Source: Eledone cirrhosa | Lineage: Eukaryota | Assembly: GCA_964016885.1 (NCBI GenBank) | Contig: OZ024742.1 | Span: 78,740,001 to 78,804,000 of the forward strand | Direction of reading: 5' to 3' | DNA: 64,000 bases | Shown here: piece by piece, positions 13,831 to 25,766 of the stretch | Numbering within the stretch: the stretch's first letter is position 1 | Layout: each line of letters opens with the position of its first letter | The notes under the pieces: model-generated | Told to the model about the DNA's origin: nothing | The model's input: the letters and a program-made list of their open reading frames with translations, nothing else | Databases searched by the model: none | Position numbers and translations under genes: made by a program

Positions 13831-14339
13831 CTAACTATAATAAACTTAAAATATAATAGGAAATCCACAGTCCTAACTATAATAAACTTAAAATATAATA
13901 GGAAACTCCCCATTTGGTCCTTTTATTGTTTTGCAAGACCATGGATGTGCACTTGGAAAGAAACTGCAAGAAGGGGTGGGGGGAAAGGGAGAAAGGATGC
14001 TTCTTTTCTTCTCCTGTCCATCACTCTTGCTTGCCACTACTGCAGCGCCAGGGCTTTTTGTCCTTTCTGGTGGCGACCTGGTGTAAAGCAAACGCATTTT
14101 GCTTCTCTCTCTCCAATCTGTCTGTCTTTTTAATCTGTTTGTTTTCTCACACATACATTATACCAACAGAAATATTTATTTTCTGTTGCACAAGCAAGCA
14201 AATTTATCTAGTCCTTTCAAGTTAAATCGTGCACAAGTTCACTTGAATTCCATCATGAGAGTTACAGTTGCCTTGTTTGGCAGTGCATGATGTCTTGTGT
14301 ACACCCATGAAGTTGCATGTTTATAAGCTGTCATTACAC

Positions 14340-14530
14340 AGTGATTTTTGCTTTCTTTGGGATTCACCAAAGATCCTATGTATAATATATAGTTAACATT
14401 GATGATTTAAAAGCAAGAATCCCAGCTACCATTGAGCAGATTGATGTGGAAATATTGCAGCAAACATGGAAGTACTAGAAGTTTTGACTGGATGTTTTAT
14501 GAAACACTAATGGTGCACATATCAAATGTA
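14340..14530 (+). pseudogene. Decayed Tc1/mariner transposase C-terminal fragment
   Basis: Frame pieces resemble DFxLWGxxKD..IDDLKARIPATIEQIDVEILQQTW..LDV..TNGAHI. Confidence 0.6.
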
Positions 14531-15949
14531 ATTCCAAAACATGTTTAATAATCCTTCATATGCCATCATAAATTTCAGTAGCTATTGCATTACCATATTT
14601 CTGATAAAATACAATCAATGAAGAATCTGGAATGATTCACTAAAATTATTTCATTTATTAAGATGGTATTTCTAAAATTATGTTGGAAGATTTTAATCTA
14701 TATAAGGACCCTTTAAATGGATGGTTTAGTTCCATAGAACCACAGGCTGTTTTTGGCTGGTTGGTATCAAAAGGATTAAAGGATGAAGTTGTAATAGAGA
14801 GAGGGGTGGATAGCTAGATAGACAGATAGTTAAACAGATAGCCAGATAGATGGACAAATAGATAGATAAACAGGCATAACTGAAATGCTTTTGATAATAG
14901 ATCCTTTTAATCAATGCTGACATGATGTTAAGCATCAATAACAACAACAGCAATATACCTGCTAAGTTTTGGTCATTCAGTAATGTCCCCGGGAAAAAGG
15001 CAGGTTTTTCAAAGACACCAAAATGTTTGAAATGATGGATAGCTACATTAAGTAGTGCTTAATATGAAGGAAGTAGTTGCAGTATGTAAAATGGATACTA
15101 TTAGCCCTTTTCATTGTCCAAAGTTGCATGTAGCAACAAGTGATAAAAGCTTGTTGAAAATTTATATTTCATGTAGTCACTAACATTTGCATGCGGCAAT
15201 AGAGAGACCACTGCTGTTTGTAAACAGAAGCAACAGACAGACAGAATGAATGGGATCCAGTGATAGAGAGAGGATAAAACAGGTGTACATATAGACAGAC
15301 AGACAGATACATAGGCAGATAGATAGATAGATAGACAGCTAAATATACAGTCAGACAGAAAGATAAAGAGGCACAAAAATATGCACAGGCATAGTTGTGA
15401 AGGTAAGCAGTTTAGTTCACACATCATATGGTTTCCATTGATAGAAACTCGGGCAAGTGTTTTCTACTATAGTCTTGGTTTTAACCAATGACATCTGAGT
15501 GAAATTTGATAGATAGAAACTCTGAGGTAGCCCATTGTCTATGTATGCATGTAAGCATATGTGTGAGTGTATTTGTGATTATATTTACTGTTTGTTTATC
15601 TTCCATAAATTAGCAGTTGACAAATTGTGTTGACAAATAGTGTCGAATAAAATAAGTACCAGACATGAAAAAACAACTATTAGAAAAGGGAAGTAAGGTT
15701 CTATACAAAACAGTGGTTATAGGAAAAGAGTCAGGACCCCCGACGGCTGAGCTCTGGCTGTTTCGATAGCTAGATCCGAACTAGTACTCTGAGTACTCTG
15801 GTGCATTATGGTCCACCTGGTATCTTACCACACCTTCTTTGTTATATATATATATATACACATGTATGTATGTATGTATGTGTGTATGTATGTATGCATA
15901 TATATGCTTGTTGTCTGCTCAATACAGAGCTTGGGTACTCACTGCACAT

Positions 15950-16770
15950 GAAGATCATTTCCACCATGGTGTCTTGTGTGGTTTTTTAGATCAGGTATAG
16001 AAGCAACCAGTCGACCACACAAATTACAGGTAAATTTTGGCAAAGACTGTGGTGCCTTTACTTGATGTACTTTAACATGTTTCTTTAAACCTCCCTGTGA
16101 TTTAAACATTTTGAGGCAGATGTGGCGAAGATTATATAGAATCTGGTGTGAGATTTAAGGCTGGCAAGGGATAGCTATTTTTTGCCACAAATTTCACAAA
16201 CCTTAACACCATGCTCATGTTCTGTAGCCATCTGATTTTTCTAGATTTTACATTTTAGATTGGCATATTTTATTCTGTTTTCCTCAAAACCTTTCATACT
16301 ATCCCATACCACCAGTCATTATGATCTGTTGCCAAAATTTCAAGCTGCCTTGCATCAATTCCTATTTTTTCAAACTTTCCTCCAGTGCATCCTTAGACCT
16401 GTTCCTGAGTTAGCACTGCTTTCATTTCCCCTGAACAAGTTTACCATAAAACAACTATTGGAGTACGTTTGTTGTGCATGCGCACAAGGTGCCCCAAGAA
16501 TCTGAGTTGGTTTCTCAACATTAAAGATTAAATTAAAGGGATACCAGCAGCAGCTAGAACATCAGTGTGTGCAGTGAAGAAGGTCCATGAGATTTTCAGG
16601 ATTCTGTGCAAACATTTTTGGTGAAATCTTTCAAGTAGCTTTATATGGTGTTTATAGTATATCCAGGTCTCAAAAGAATAAAGAAGATATGTAAACACAA
16701 CATATTTGTATACATAAACTATATAGATCTCCATAAACAATCACTCTCTACTTGAGAGGGCCATGGAAAA
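15950..16770 (-). mobile_element. Decayed RTE (BovB-like) LINE 3' region ending in three C2H2 zinc fingers
   Basis: LLYSFETWIYYKHHIKLLERFHQKCLHRILKISW, then FEENR, then CEICGKK*LSLASLKSHTRF, RHICLKMFKSQGGLKKHVKVH and FTCNLCGRLVASIPDLKNHTRHH. Confidence 0.75.
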
Positions 16771-16797
16771 TGTGTGTTAAACAGTGATGATATATAT

Positions 16798-16911
16798 AAT
16801 AATGAAATTATTGTGTACAGTGCTCAGGTGCACTACAACTCATCAAAGGTGCATGTATAGTACATAGAATAATGTATAAATGTCAGGAAAATGAACCGTG
16901 TATGAGTCATG

Positions 16912-16915
<4 letters not shown>
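16798..16915 (-). mobile_element. Short CR1 3'-UTR stub in tandem with the long CR1
   Basis: Matches 16955-17070. Confidence 0.85.
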
Positions 16916-16917
<2 letters not shown>

Positions 16918-16962
<45 letters not shown>

Positions 16963-19900
16963 AATATTGTGTACAGTGCCCAGGTGCACCACAACTCATC
17001 AAAAAGTGCATGTACAGTACATAGGGCAATGCACAAGCATCAGGAAAATGAACAGTGCACGAGTCATGATACACACATGTGTGCATGTGTATGGAAGGGG
17101 TACATCAGGTGTAGTTTTGGCGTATTTCGGGAAGCATGAGTGTCTTAAAGGACGCAGTGTCTCGGCAGCTAACAACTGACGCAGACAGTTTGTTCCATGC
17201 TTCAGCAACTCTGAGCGTGAAAAAAGGTCTACGAAAGTCATGGGAGCTGTGCTGTTTTCTGACTTTGTAGGCATGTCCACGTGTGTTAGACACATGGAGA
17301 TCAAAAAGGTGCTCAGGGTTGCAATTGGCGAGATGGTTAATAACTTTGTGGGTATTTACCAAGTCCATTGCCAGACATCAGAGCTTCAATGAATCCATGC
17401 CCAGGGAAGCAAGGCGTTCAGAGTATGGTAGGTGTCTGATGGAGGGTATGCGCTTGGTTGCACGTCTCTGAACAGTTTCCAGGAGGTCAATGTTCTGAGC
17501 AAGATAGGGGTTCCAGACTGATGATGCGAATTCCAAGTGTGGTCGTACCATAGCTGTATACAGTTTTAAATAGATGGCTGGAGAGCAGCTAACAAAGGTC
17601 TTGCTGAGTGATGCCAAGACACCCTCGGCCTTCTTGACAATCTTAGAGACATGCTTTGTCCAACGCAAATTGCTGCTGACAGTAATGCCCAGGTCACGTT
17701 CACAAGAGGACTTCTTGATATCAGTGTTGTGGAGGGAGTATGTGGACGCTGGATTTTTCCTCCCAAAATGCATGGTGGTACACTTGTCCACAGCCAGCTT
17801 CTGTTGCCAGTCTGTGATCCATTGCTGCATTGTGTCCAGGTCTGATTGTAGGAAAGAGTTGTAAATTTCAGGATCAGTCCTTTTGATTTCAAGGTACAGC
17901 TTGATGTCATCTGCATATTTCAGTACCGTGGCATTCTGTAAGTTGGCATCTATGTCATTAATATATGCCACAAACAAAAGGGGACCAAGAACAGATCCTT
18001 GTGGTACACCAGATGACATCTCATATGGTGAAGAATGCTGTCCTAGAACCGTGACTACTTATTTTCGGCTGAGAATGAAGGATTTCAACCAGTCGAAAAG
18101 ATCATCCGTCACACCCATTGCAGAGAGTTTTGCCATAAGTCTTTTGTGTGGCACAGAATTAAAAGCCTTAGCAAAGTCAAGGTAAACAACATCCACCCAT
18201 GAGCCGCTGTCAGTGATCCAGGTGATGTCTTCAAGGAACTCGATAAGCTGATCACAGCAGCTAGAGTTAGGGATAAATCCAAACTGTGAGGGCTGGATGA
18301 GGCTGTGAGAGCTCCAGAAGTTCCAAAGTGTTTCTCTGACACAGGATTCCATCAGTTTGGCCATACAGCTAGTAAGACTGACTGGACGATAGTTGACAGG
18401 TGACATGCGGTTGCCCTTTTTGAACAGAGGAATGACACTGGCAGTTTTCCACTACTCCTGAGTAGCACCATTGTTGAGACAGTATTGAAAGAAGAAAGAA
18501 AGCTGGCGCAAAAGGAAATACCCGCCACGTTTGAGAAGCAGGTATGTCACACCATCAAGACCAGAGGAGGCATAGTTGCGCTTATTCTTAAGGTGACTTC
18601 GCAACATTGCAGGTGTAAATTCCATAGTTGTTATGGAATTTGATGGTAGAGATGGTGGAGATGGTACATTCTGGTTTTCAACAGTAAACATACTTGCATA
18701 GCACTCAGCAATGAGTTCTGCGCATTCTTTGGGATCGTCAGTGATCTGGTTTGTGTGGGATTGCGAAGAGGACCAACTGGAGAGTGAGGTCTCTGCTTTG
18801 ACATATTTCCAGAACACCTTACTGTCAGGATTGGTTGCTATGCACTGTTCAAATTCAAGCGCTGCCTTCTTTGTCACTTGCTTGGGATGGTTAGAAGATT
18901 TATTCCGCTTTTTTCTGTTGGCATCTGATTTATGCAGTTTATATTCCCGTTCAGCATTCCGACGTTCTTTCCTGGCAAGTCGGACCACTGAAGTTTCCCA
19001 AATTGCACTTTTGGGGTGTTTTTTTTTCTGCTTACGTGGCACCGATGCTGCACACGCTATCCATATTGAGTCCAGGATGCTCTGGAGTATAGTGTTCACA
19101 TCTCCAGAGTTATACATCTCATGCCAGTTTGGGCGCTGTAGCTCAGTGCAGTACAAGTTCCAATCTGCTTTCTTCCAATCAAAGCAAGTAGATTGGAGAT
19201 GGCTCTGGTTTTTGTTGCTGCCTTCAAGTGCCAGATTGGCAATGATCATAGCATGATCAGAGTCGCCTAGAGGTTCCTCAGTAGTACAACTGATAACCAT
19301 TTCAGGAGTAGTGGTGAAGATCAGGTCCAAAGTGTTGTCACCTCTTGTTGGAGAGGTGACTACTTGTGACCAGTCTGAGTCCAGCACTAGTTCAAGGAAA
19401 TCATTTGCACCTTGTGGCCAACGAAAGGTTTCCCAATCGATCTCAGGATGATTGAAGTCACCTGCAATAAACACATAAGTGGCTGTTTTCTTGGCAGCAA
19501 CTCTGAGGATATCGCAAAGCTGTGTGTCCTGATGGTAGTTTGGGGGGCGATAAACAACACCAAGCAGAAGTGTTGACATGGTCATACGTATGTCACAGAA
19601 AAAAACTTCTTCCTGTGATTCGTTCAAATCAACGCAAGGAATTACCGAAAAGTTTGAACGAACGTAGACCATCACACCACCACCACGGCGATTAATGCGG
19701 TCCTTGCGGAAAAGGTTGTACCCAGTAATGCTGAAAACCCCATCAAAGAGTAAAGAATGTGCCCATGTTTCTGTGACTGTGATGAAGTCAGGGTCGATGC
19801 TTCTGACATAGGATTCAAACAGATGTATCTTGTTGCATAAACTGCAAGCATTTAAGGACAACAAATTGTACCCTGCTCGCAGTTTATGATGGTGTGTAGA

Positions 19901-20397
19901 GGGTGGCAGGTTGTTCTGGTTTAGTTTCCCAGAGTTGTAGCAGTTTTTTCATTGCCAGTTATTGTGGGTAGATCACACTCAGACCAGCTGGTATCTCTCT
20001 TCCACGTTTCACCAGCCTTAACAAACCTCCAGATCTGCCCATCATCACGCAGACTAAAACTTTCATGTTGTTCTGAGTTCCAATTCAAGGAAGTTGCAGC
20101 ACGGAGCTTTGGACGTACATGGGGTGGTAGGCCTGGCCGTGTTCGGAAGGTAATCCGATTTTCACGCCCAGCTTTAACAGAGGCCAGATGGTATGAGATT
20201 GCCTCAGCGGAGTCCGAAAAAGACAGCCCCTGATGAGTCTGGGTTTTGGACCAGGTCGACCAAGGCTGAGAGCACCCTTTGGGGGAACACAGCCTAGGTC
20301 TCTGGCTGAGCTGGCAGCAAATGCCTGAAGATCAGCCTTGTCCTCTGGTACCCCAATGGCAATTACTTCATGGGTAGCAGATTCCGCAGTCTTCTCA
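16918..20397 (-). mobile_element. Near full-length CR1-clade LINE (ORF1 remnant, APE-RT ORF2, (TAA)n tail)
   Basis: APE motifs (LNA, VTETW, GGGV, YRPP, GDFN, LDLI, SDH); RT motifs (NYRPVSLT, YLDFAKAF, GVPQGSVLGP, KYADD); CR1-type NTRGH..RVAEAWNKL; ORF1-like IAIGVPE...GRPGPKPRLI at 20085-20447. Confidence 0.93.
17105..19864 (-). pseudogene. CR1 ORF2 (endonuclease-reverse transcriptase) with three in-frame stops
   Basis: ORFs 18452-19864, 18059-18406, 17378-18019 and 17105-17368 are all in one frame. Confidence 0.9.
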
Positions 20398-22144
20398 GTG
20401 TATATATATATATAAACACATACATATACATATGCATACACACACACATATCCTAACTAGAACATGTAATTTAAAACATCTAAATCATATAATTGATGTA
20501 AGGTATGCATAAACATGTGTGCCATTATTCCAGCTGTCTCTGATAAAAATGACAGATTAATATTAAAATCGAAATTGGTATTTGATTTCATTTATATACC
20601 CTAGGCCTAAATTACATGCCATGCATTCATGCAGAAAATGTCAAATGCTTGTATGTATGTATGTGCAAATAGATAGAGACAGACAGATAGATATTAATGT
20701 AGGTAGATTGATATAGACAGATAGATATAGGTAGATAGATATACATAGAGGGATGTAGATAGATCTAAGGATAGAATAAAATAGAGATTTAGATGGACAT
20801 AAGAATAGCCAAGGAAATAGATATACAGAAGGAGTTAAAAAGAAATATAGTGTGACTAGCAGAAAAAATAATGAATTCAGCTGTGCACACATCCACATCT
20901 GATCAGTACACCAGCATATGGCGTTTACAAATGTCTTGGAGATGAAAAGTTTGTTTGTTTGTCTATATGTGTCTATATGTTGAAAGGTACTGGTTTGTAT
21001 ACATACACACACAAGCTTGTACTTGTCTCTGTGTATGTATGAAACTATATATATGTAGAGGGAGAGAGAGGAGAGAGAGCAATAGAGTGAGAGTGATAAA
21101 AGTTATCCCAAGTCATTGACACAACCAACTGTCATAATAAGTGTCAAATAAAAGTAGTGTCAAATAAAAGAAACAAGCAAAAAAACAAACAAAAAAAAAA
21201 CATAAGGAACGTTGTTGTTGCTGTTGTTGTTCAAAGTTGCAGCAGTAGCTATACACACTGCCATTGATTTTGTTTACTGTTAACACTGAATATCGAACTT
21301 TAAGTTTTCTTAGATCAACTTTGCCTTTCATCCTTTTCAGATTAATAAAATAAATACCAGTGAAGGACAGCAGATTAGCACAATTGTATCCCTTGTTTAC
21401 TTAACATAGTAATGTGAAATTTGAGGGTGATTTGGTTGATATTTTTGGTAGGTTGAGTAAGCACATAGATGCCCTCTCTTGTTGGCATGCATCTGATAAA
21501 TTCTGATGAAATCATTTTCTTTAAGATTGAATGGAGAAGTGGGGGTGGGTAGGGGTGGCATATTGGTGGACCTAAAATTTTTATTACATCTTTCTGCCGA
21601 CATTTCAACCCACTTGTGCAGAAAGACAAGTCTCCTGTAGTATAACTTATCGCCAGTCAAGTCTATTCTATCTCCTCTTCCTTACTGTCATAAGCCACAA
21701 ACTGGACATCCCTGAATTCATCACTGGTTACAGTCTCCCTCAGCTCCATGTCCTTCTCCCCCAAATTACCTTTAGTCTTTGAGTTTGTCTAACTCTTACT
21801 CAAAAGCTGATAACTATTAGCTTATGTTCGCATGTCCTCCATGACCAGATATCCTTCCCAACCCATCTGAGTCTTCTATTATGGTATAAGGTGGGGGTGT
21901 ATCTGGCTTTCCATATTTGCATGGATTGTATGTGAGATGGCAGAGTGCATCCATCTTTGTGTAATAGTATGGGTTGGGTTAGGATGTGAGATGTATATAG
22001 AGGCAGTCTTTCCATGTTGAAAAGAGTTGGACGGACAATGTGATGATGGAAGAAGTTTGTGGAGAGGACTAAGGAGGGGCACTTTATATATATATATCAT
22101 CATCATTTTACGTCCGCTTTTCCCTGCTTGCAAGGGCGGGACAA

Positions 22145-23244
22145 TATCATCATCATCACCGTTTTACGTCCGTTCTTCCACGCTAGCATGGGTTAGACGG
22201 GTTGTCCTGTTGTGGGCAGTGTCTGGTCGGCTGACCATGCCTTGCTCATACAGGAACTGATTTGGCTTGATTTCTACAGCTGGATGCCCTTCCTAACACC
22301 AACCTCATTTACAGTGAGTGCTGGGTGCTTTTTCGTGGCGCCTACACATCCACTCTACAGTGTGGGCTGGGTGCTTTCTTGCCGTGGCACCTCCACGACC
22401 ACCTTGCGGTAGGGCGTGTGGGGGCATATTGTCTATATGCTTCAGCTTGTACCCATGGGAGGTCGGGTACTCTGTATTACTGCGTGACGCCAGAGGTCAC
22501 GGTCGTGTGTCATCGCCTTTGAGAGGTGTAATTGGGTAAGGTCGGCTTTTATCACCTCATCCCAGGTCATCTTGGGTCTCCCCACTCCGCGGTTTCCATC
22601 GACTTCTAGTGCTCTGCACCTTTTTATGCAGCTGTCATCCTTCATACGCATCACATGTCCATACCAACGCATCCGCCTCTCCTGCACACAGCATTTGATT
22701 CCTCTTATGCTCAGTCTCTCTCTCAATTCATATATGCTTTGTCGTTAGCGTATATTACTATTACACATCCATCGGAGCATGCAGGCTTCATTTCTCTCTA
22801 ATCTACGTAAGTCTTCCACCTTCAGCGCCCAGGTCTCACTACCATGTAACATTGATGTTCGGATACACGCATCATACAGTCTGCCTTTCATTTTGAGGGA
22901 GAAGCCTTTTGCAGCTAGCAGTGGTAGAAGTTCCCTGAACTTCTTCCATCCCGTTCTTACCCTAGTTATTGTACTTTCTGAACACCCACCTCCGCTGCTA
23001 ATTCGGTCACCTAGGTAGCAGAAGCTGTCTACTGTCTCTACAGAGCCCTCCCAGAGATTGGTGGTACTTGTTTCCTGTGGCTGTTTGCTGCTTGCTGTCC
23101 CAGTACAGCTGCTGCATGTGAAGCCTACATTCTTAATTAAGCTTCCTGAGATCCCGCTACATCTCTTGTGTACCCATTGTTTGCATTTGGGGCAGAGAAT
23201 GGAGTTCCTACCTACACCTTTCCTACATACTGAGCAAGGCCATT
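22145..23244 (-). mobile_element. RTE LINE 3' fragment (subfamily 2) with a complete PHD-like finger
   Basis: CSVCRKGVGRNSILCPKCKQWVHKRCSG...FTCSSC, FCYLG, MLHGSETW, MRWYGHV; extended 3' UTR as at 6505-6825. Confidence 0.92.
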
Positions 23245-23245
23245 T

Positions 23246-23553
23246 CATTTTACGTCCGCTTTTTCCCTGCTTGCAAGGGTGGGACGAGAACTGATTCTGG
23301 CTTGATTTCTACAGCTGGATGCCCTTCCTAACACCAACCTCATTTTACAGTGAGTGCTGGGTGCTTTTTTGCCGTGGCACCTCCACGACCACTTTGCAGT
23401 GGAATGATAGGGACTCCACTCTACAGCTGAGTAAACTGGAGCAATGTGAAATAAAGTGTCTTGCTCAAGGAAACAACACATGACCCGGTCTGAGAATTGA
23501 ACTCACAACCTTTCGATTGCAAGACCAATGCTCTAACCACTAAGCCATGTGCC

Positions 23554-23554
<1 letters not shown>
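23246..23554 (-). mobile_element. SINE family A fused to the 5' end of the RTE fragment
   Basis: A/B boxes, CORE-like block, RTE-type 3' end; tail runs directly into RTE coding sequence. Confidence 0.88.
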
Positions 23555-23585
<31 letters not shown>

Positions 23586-23699
23586 GAAACCCTTTAAAAT
23601 GGGTGGTTTTATTTGATAGAACCAGGGGCAGTTTTAGCTGGAATGGTGTCAACAAAATTACATTCACTGCCATGCCTGCACATTAGTGCAAGGGAAGTT

Positions 23700-24220
23700 G
23701 GTAGATAACTAGTTGGTAGCTCAAAACAAAGGTTTTCTGGGTTGAAAGATAAAACTGCTGTAGCAGCCTTTGCTTTTTTCTTAAAGGGTGCTCTGTGTGT
23801 TTGGTTTACATTGGTCTGGATTAAATGGTAGAGTAGGGAATGGGTGATATGAGATTGGTCTTTTAGTTTGTTTATATTCTTGTGTGTGAGTAGTATGCAT
23901 ATGACATTAATCGGGAATGTGGCATGTTATAGCAGAGAAACTGATTTTGTGGAAACAGCCTGTAATGGCAGTGATAATGAAGGTATGAAGAAGGCGCCAG
24001 GGATGGATGGGGGAAGAAGTGAATATTTTGTCATTTACATGTCTTGTTAACTTTATTTTTTTGGTTCCCTGATGTAAGACATTCCATGAGTACAGAGGGT
24101 ATATAATGTACAGTTTGTATATACAGCCTGTTATGATCAGTCTGTTTGTTTGTGATAGGGTGAGCTTTTCCAGTTTAGAGTAAGAGGTAGATTTGTGTTC
24201 ATGAGTGTGGGTGTGTTTTT
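23700..24220 (-). pseudogene. Possible decayed Penelope-like GIY-YIG endonuclease remnant
   Basis: 24062-24118 reads TNCTLYTLCTHGMSYIREP, resembling NxIYxIxCxxCGxxYIGET; heavily degraded. Confidence 0.3.
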
Positions 24221-24914
24221 CGATAAGATAAAATGAAAAGAGAAAATTTTGCTGATCCTAGCAGTCTATAAAAAGTAATAATAAAAAAAAAAGAAAGAAA
24301 AACACACCCTCAAGTCACCATAGTGAAAATAAATAAATGTTCATATCCAAAATGTGTGTGTGTATGTATACTTCTGTAAGTGTGTATTTATACATATATT
24401 TGTATATATGTGTATTTGTCCTAGTGTAGTCACAGGTTATAAGATCTGATCTAATACAGGACTGACAAGAACCCATAAAATAAATAATGATAATAATAAT
24501 AATATAATGTATATATGTATGTTTAAAAGTAAGTGTATACATATGTACACACATGTAGATAGGTATAAAGATAGATAGATAGATAGATAGATAAAATGTA
24601 TGTATATATAAACGAGTATATATATATATACACACACGTGTGTGTGAGTGTGTATGTATATATATATATATAATCCAACAAATAGCAAAGATGAAATTAA
24701 ATCATTTTATTCCTGACATATGTTTCTGCAAAAGAAAAATCTTGATTGACATGCATTAAATATATATATATATTAAAGAGTTAAACAAGATTAAATGAGT
24801 ATATCAAAGAATGAGTTTTACAGTAGATTGGAAGCACTCTACAGTAAAATAATTTTCCAGAGTTAATATTAAAATACAAATATTAATAAAATAGATGTTC
24901 TTTTGATCAATTAA

Positions 24915-24968
24915 ATTTTATTATACATGTTTTCGGAGGTACAACAGTACGTCCTCATCAGACAAAAT
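24915..24968 (-). ncRNA. Type I hammerhead ribozyme motif, same family as 49500/49654
   Basis: ATTTTGT-CTGATGA-GGACGTAC-TGTT-GTACCTCC-GAAA-ACATGT-ATA-ATAAAAT; 7-bp stem I, palindromic ACATGT; the second stem III pair is mismatched. Confidence 0.7.
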
Positions 24969-24979
24969 ATAATGATACA

Positions 24980-25015
<36 letters not shown>

Positions 25016-25207
25016 ATTTATATAGAGTGTCAACCGACTGGAGTTATACAATCCGCACTCCAATTAGTTAACAGTGGCACCAATAGAATAGACCACTCAA
25101 TGACATTTACTAATCCAAAATCATTTTGGCAATCCCGGTGGAGTATATATATATTTATAAAATTGTGCTTAAATATTTGTGTTTGTGTGTGTATATATAT
25201 ATATGTA

Positions 25208-25706
25208 TGTCAGGTCACCAGTTGGTGCTACTGGTAACATGTATCCCAGTACAACCTGTCTCATGGTCGGGTCGTTGGCGACTAAACTGGCAACCCCACC
25301 AAGGTTTCTTGGTGAGGAGGGTGACTTTGGACATCCTGCAGACTAAAAACAAAACCTGTCAAAGGGCAAAGGAGCTCTTAAGAGCCAATGATGTTGACTT
25401 GTTCTTCTTTTTGGTAAATATCATCTTGGTTAAGAGAGTGGGACTGGCTTTGTGCAGTGCCTTTGCTCACTATAAAAGCTTCACAGCACAGGCATTGCTT
25501 TATATCTGAAGATCTCTCTGCACTTGTCGTCACATGGTACCATGGGCCCAGCACTATGAGTCAATAATTGTCACAAGTGTAGTGTTTGTACCAGAGTTTT
25601 CAAGTCGCTGGCTGGACTAAAAAGTCACACTCGTTCAGCGCATCGGTAGGGGTTCTCCTACATGGATATAAAGTAATGGCCATACTCGAAAACAAGTTGG
25701 CAGCCA

Positions 25707-25709
<3 letters not shown>
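25208..25709 (-). repeat. Longer copy of the dispersed repeat at 7812
   Basis: Reverse-complement match to 7812-8137 over ~25395-25709; flanked by (TA)n. Confidence 0.8.

Positions 25710-25766
<57 letters not shown>

Noticed and set aside
14030-14082. GC-rich patch with CTCF-like GGTGGCG
   Set aside because: Only a partial motif match, expected by chance
15750-15800. Minus-strand HHR-like stem plus GAAAC
   Set aside because: CTGANGA box absent (CTCAGAG); no stem I or III support
25213-25290. HDV-like ribozyme (CCAGT/ACTGG as P2, TCG-TTGG-CGA as P4, CTAA)
   Set aside because: Could not place P1, P3 and P1.1 in the required order
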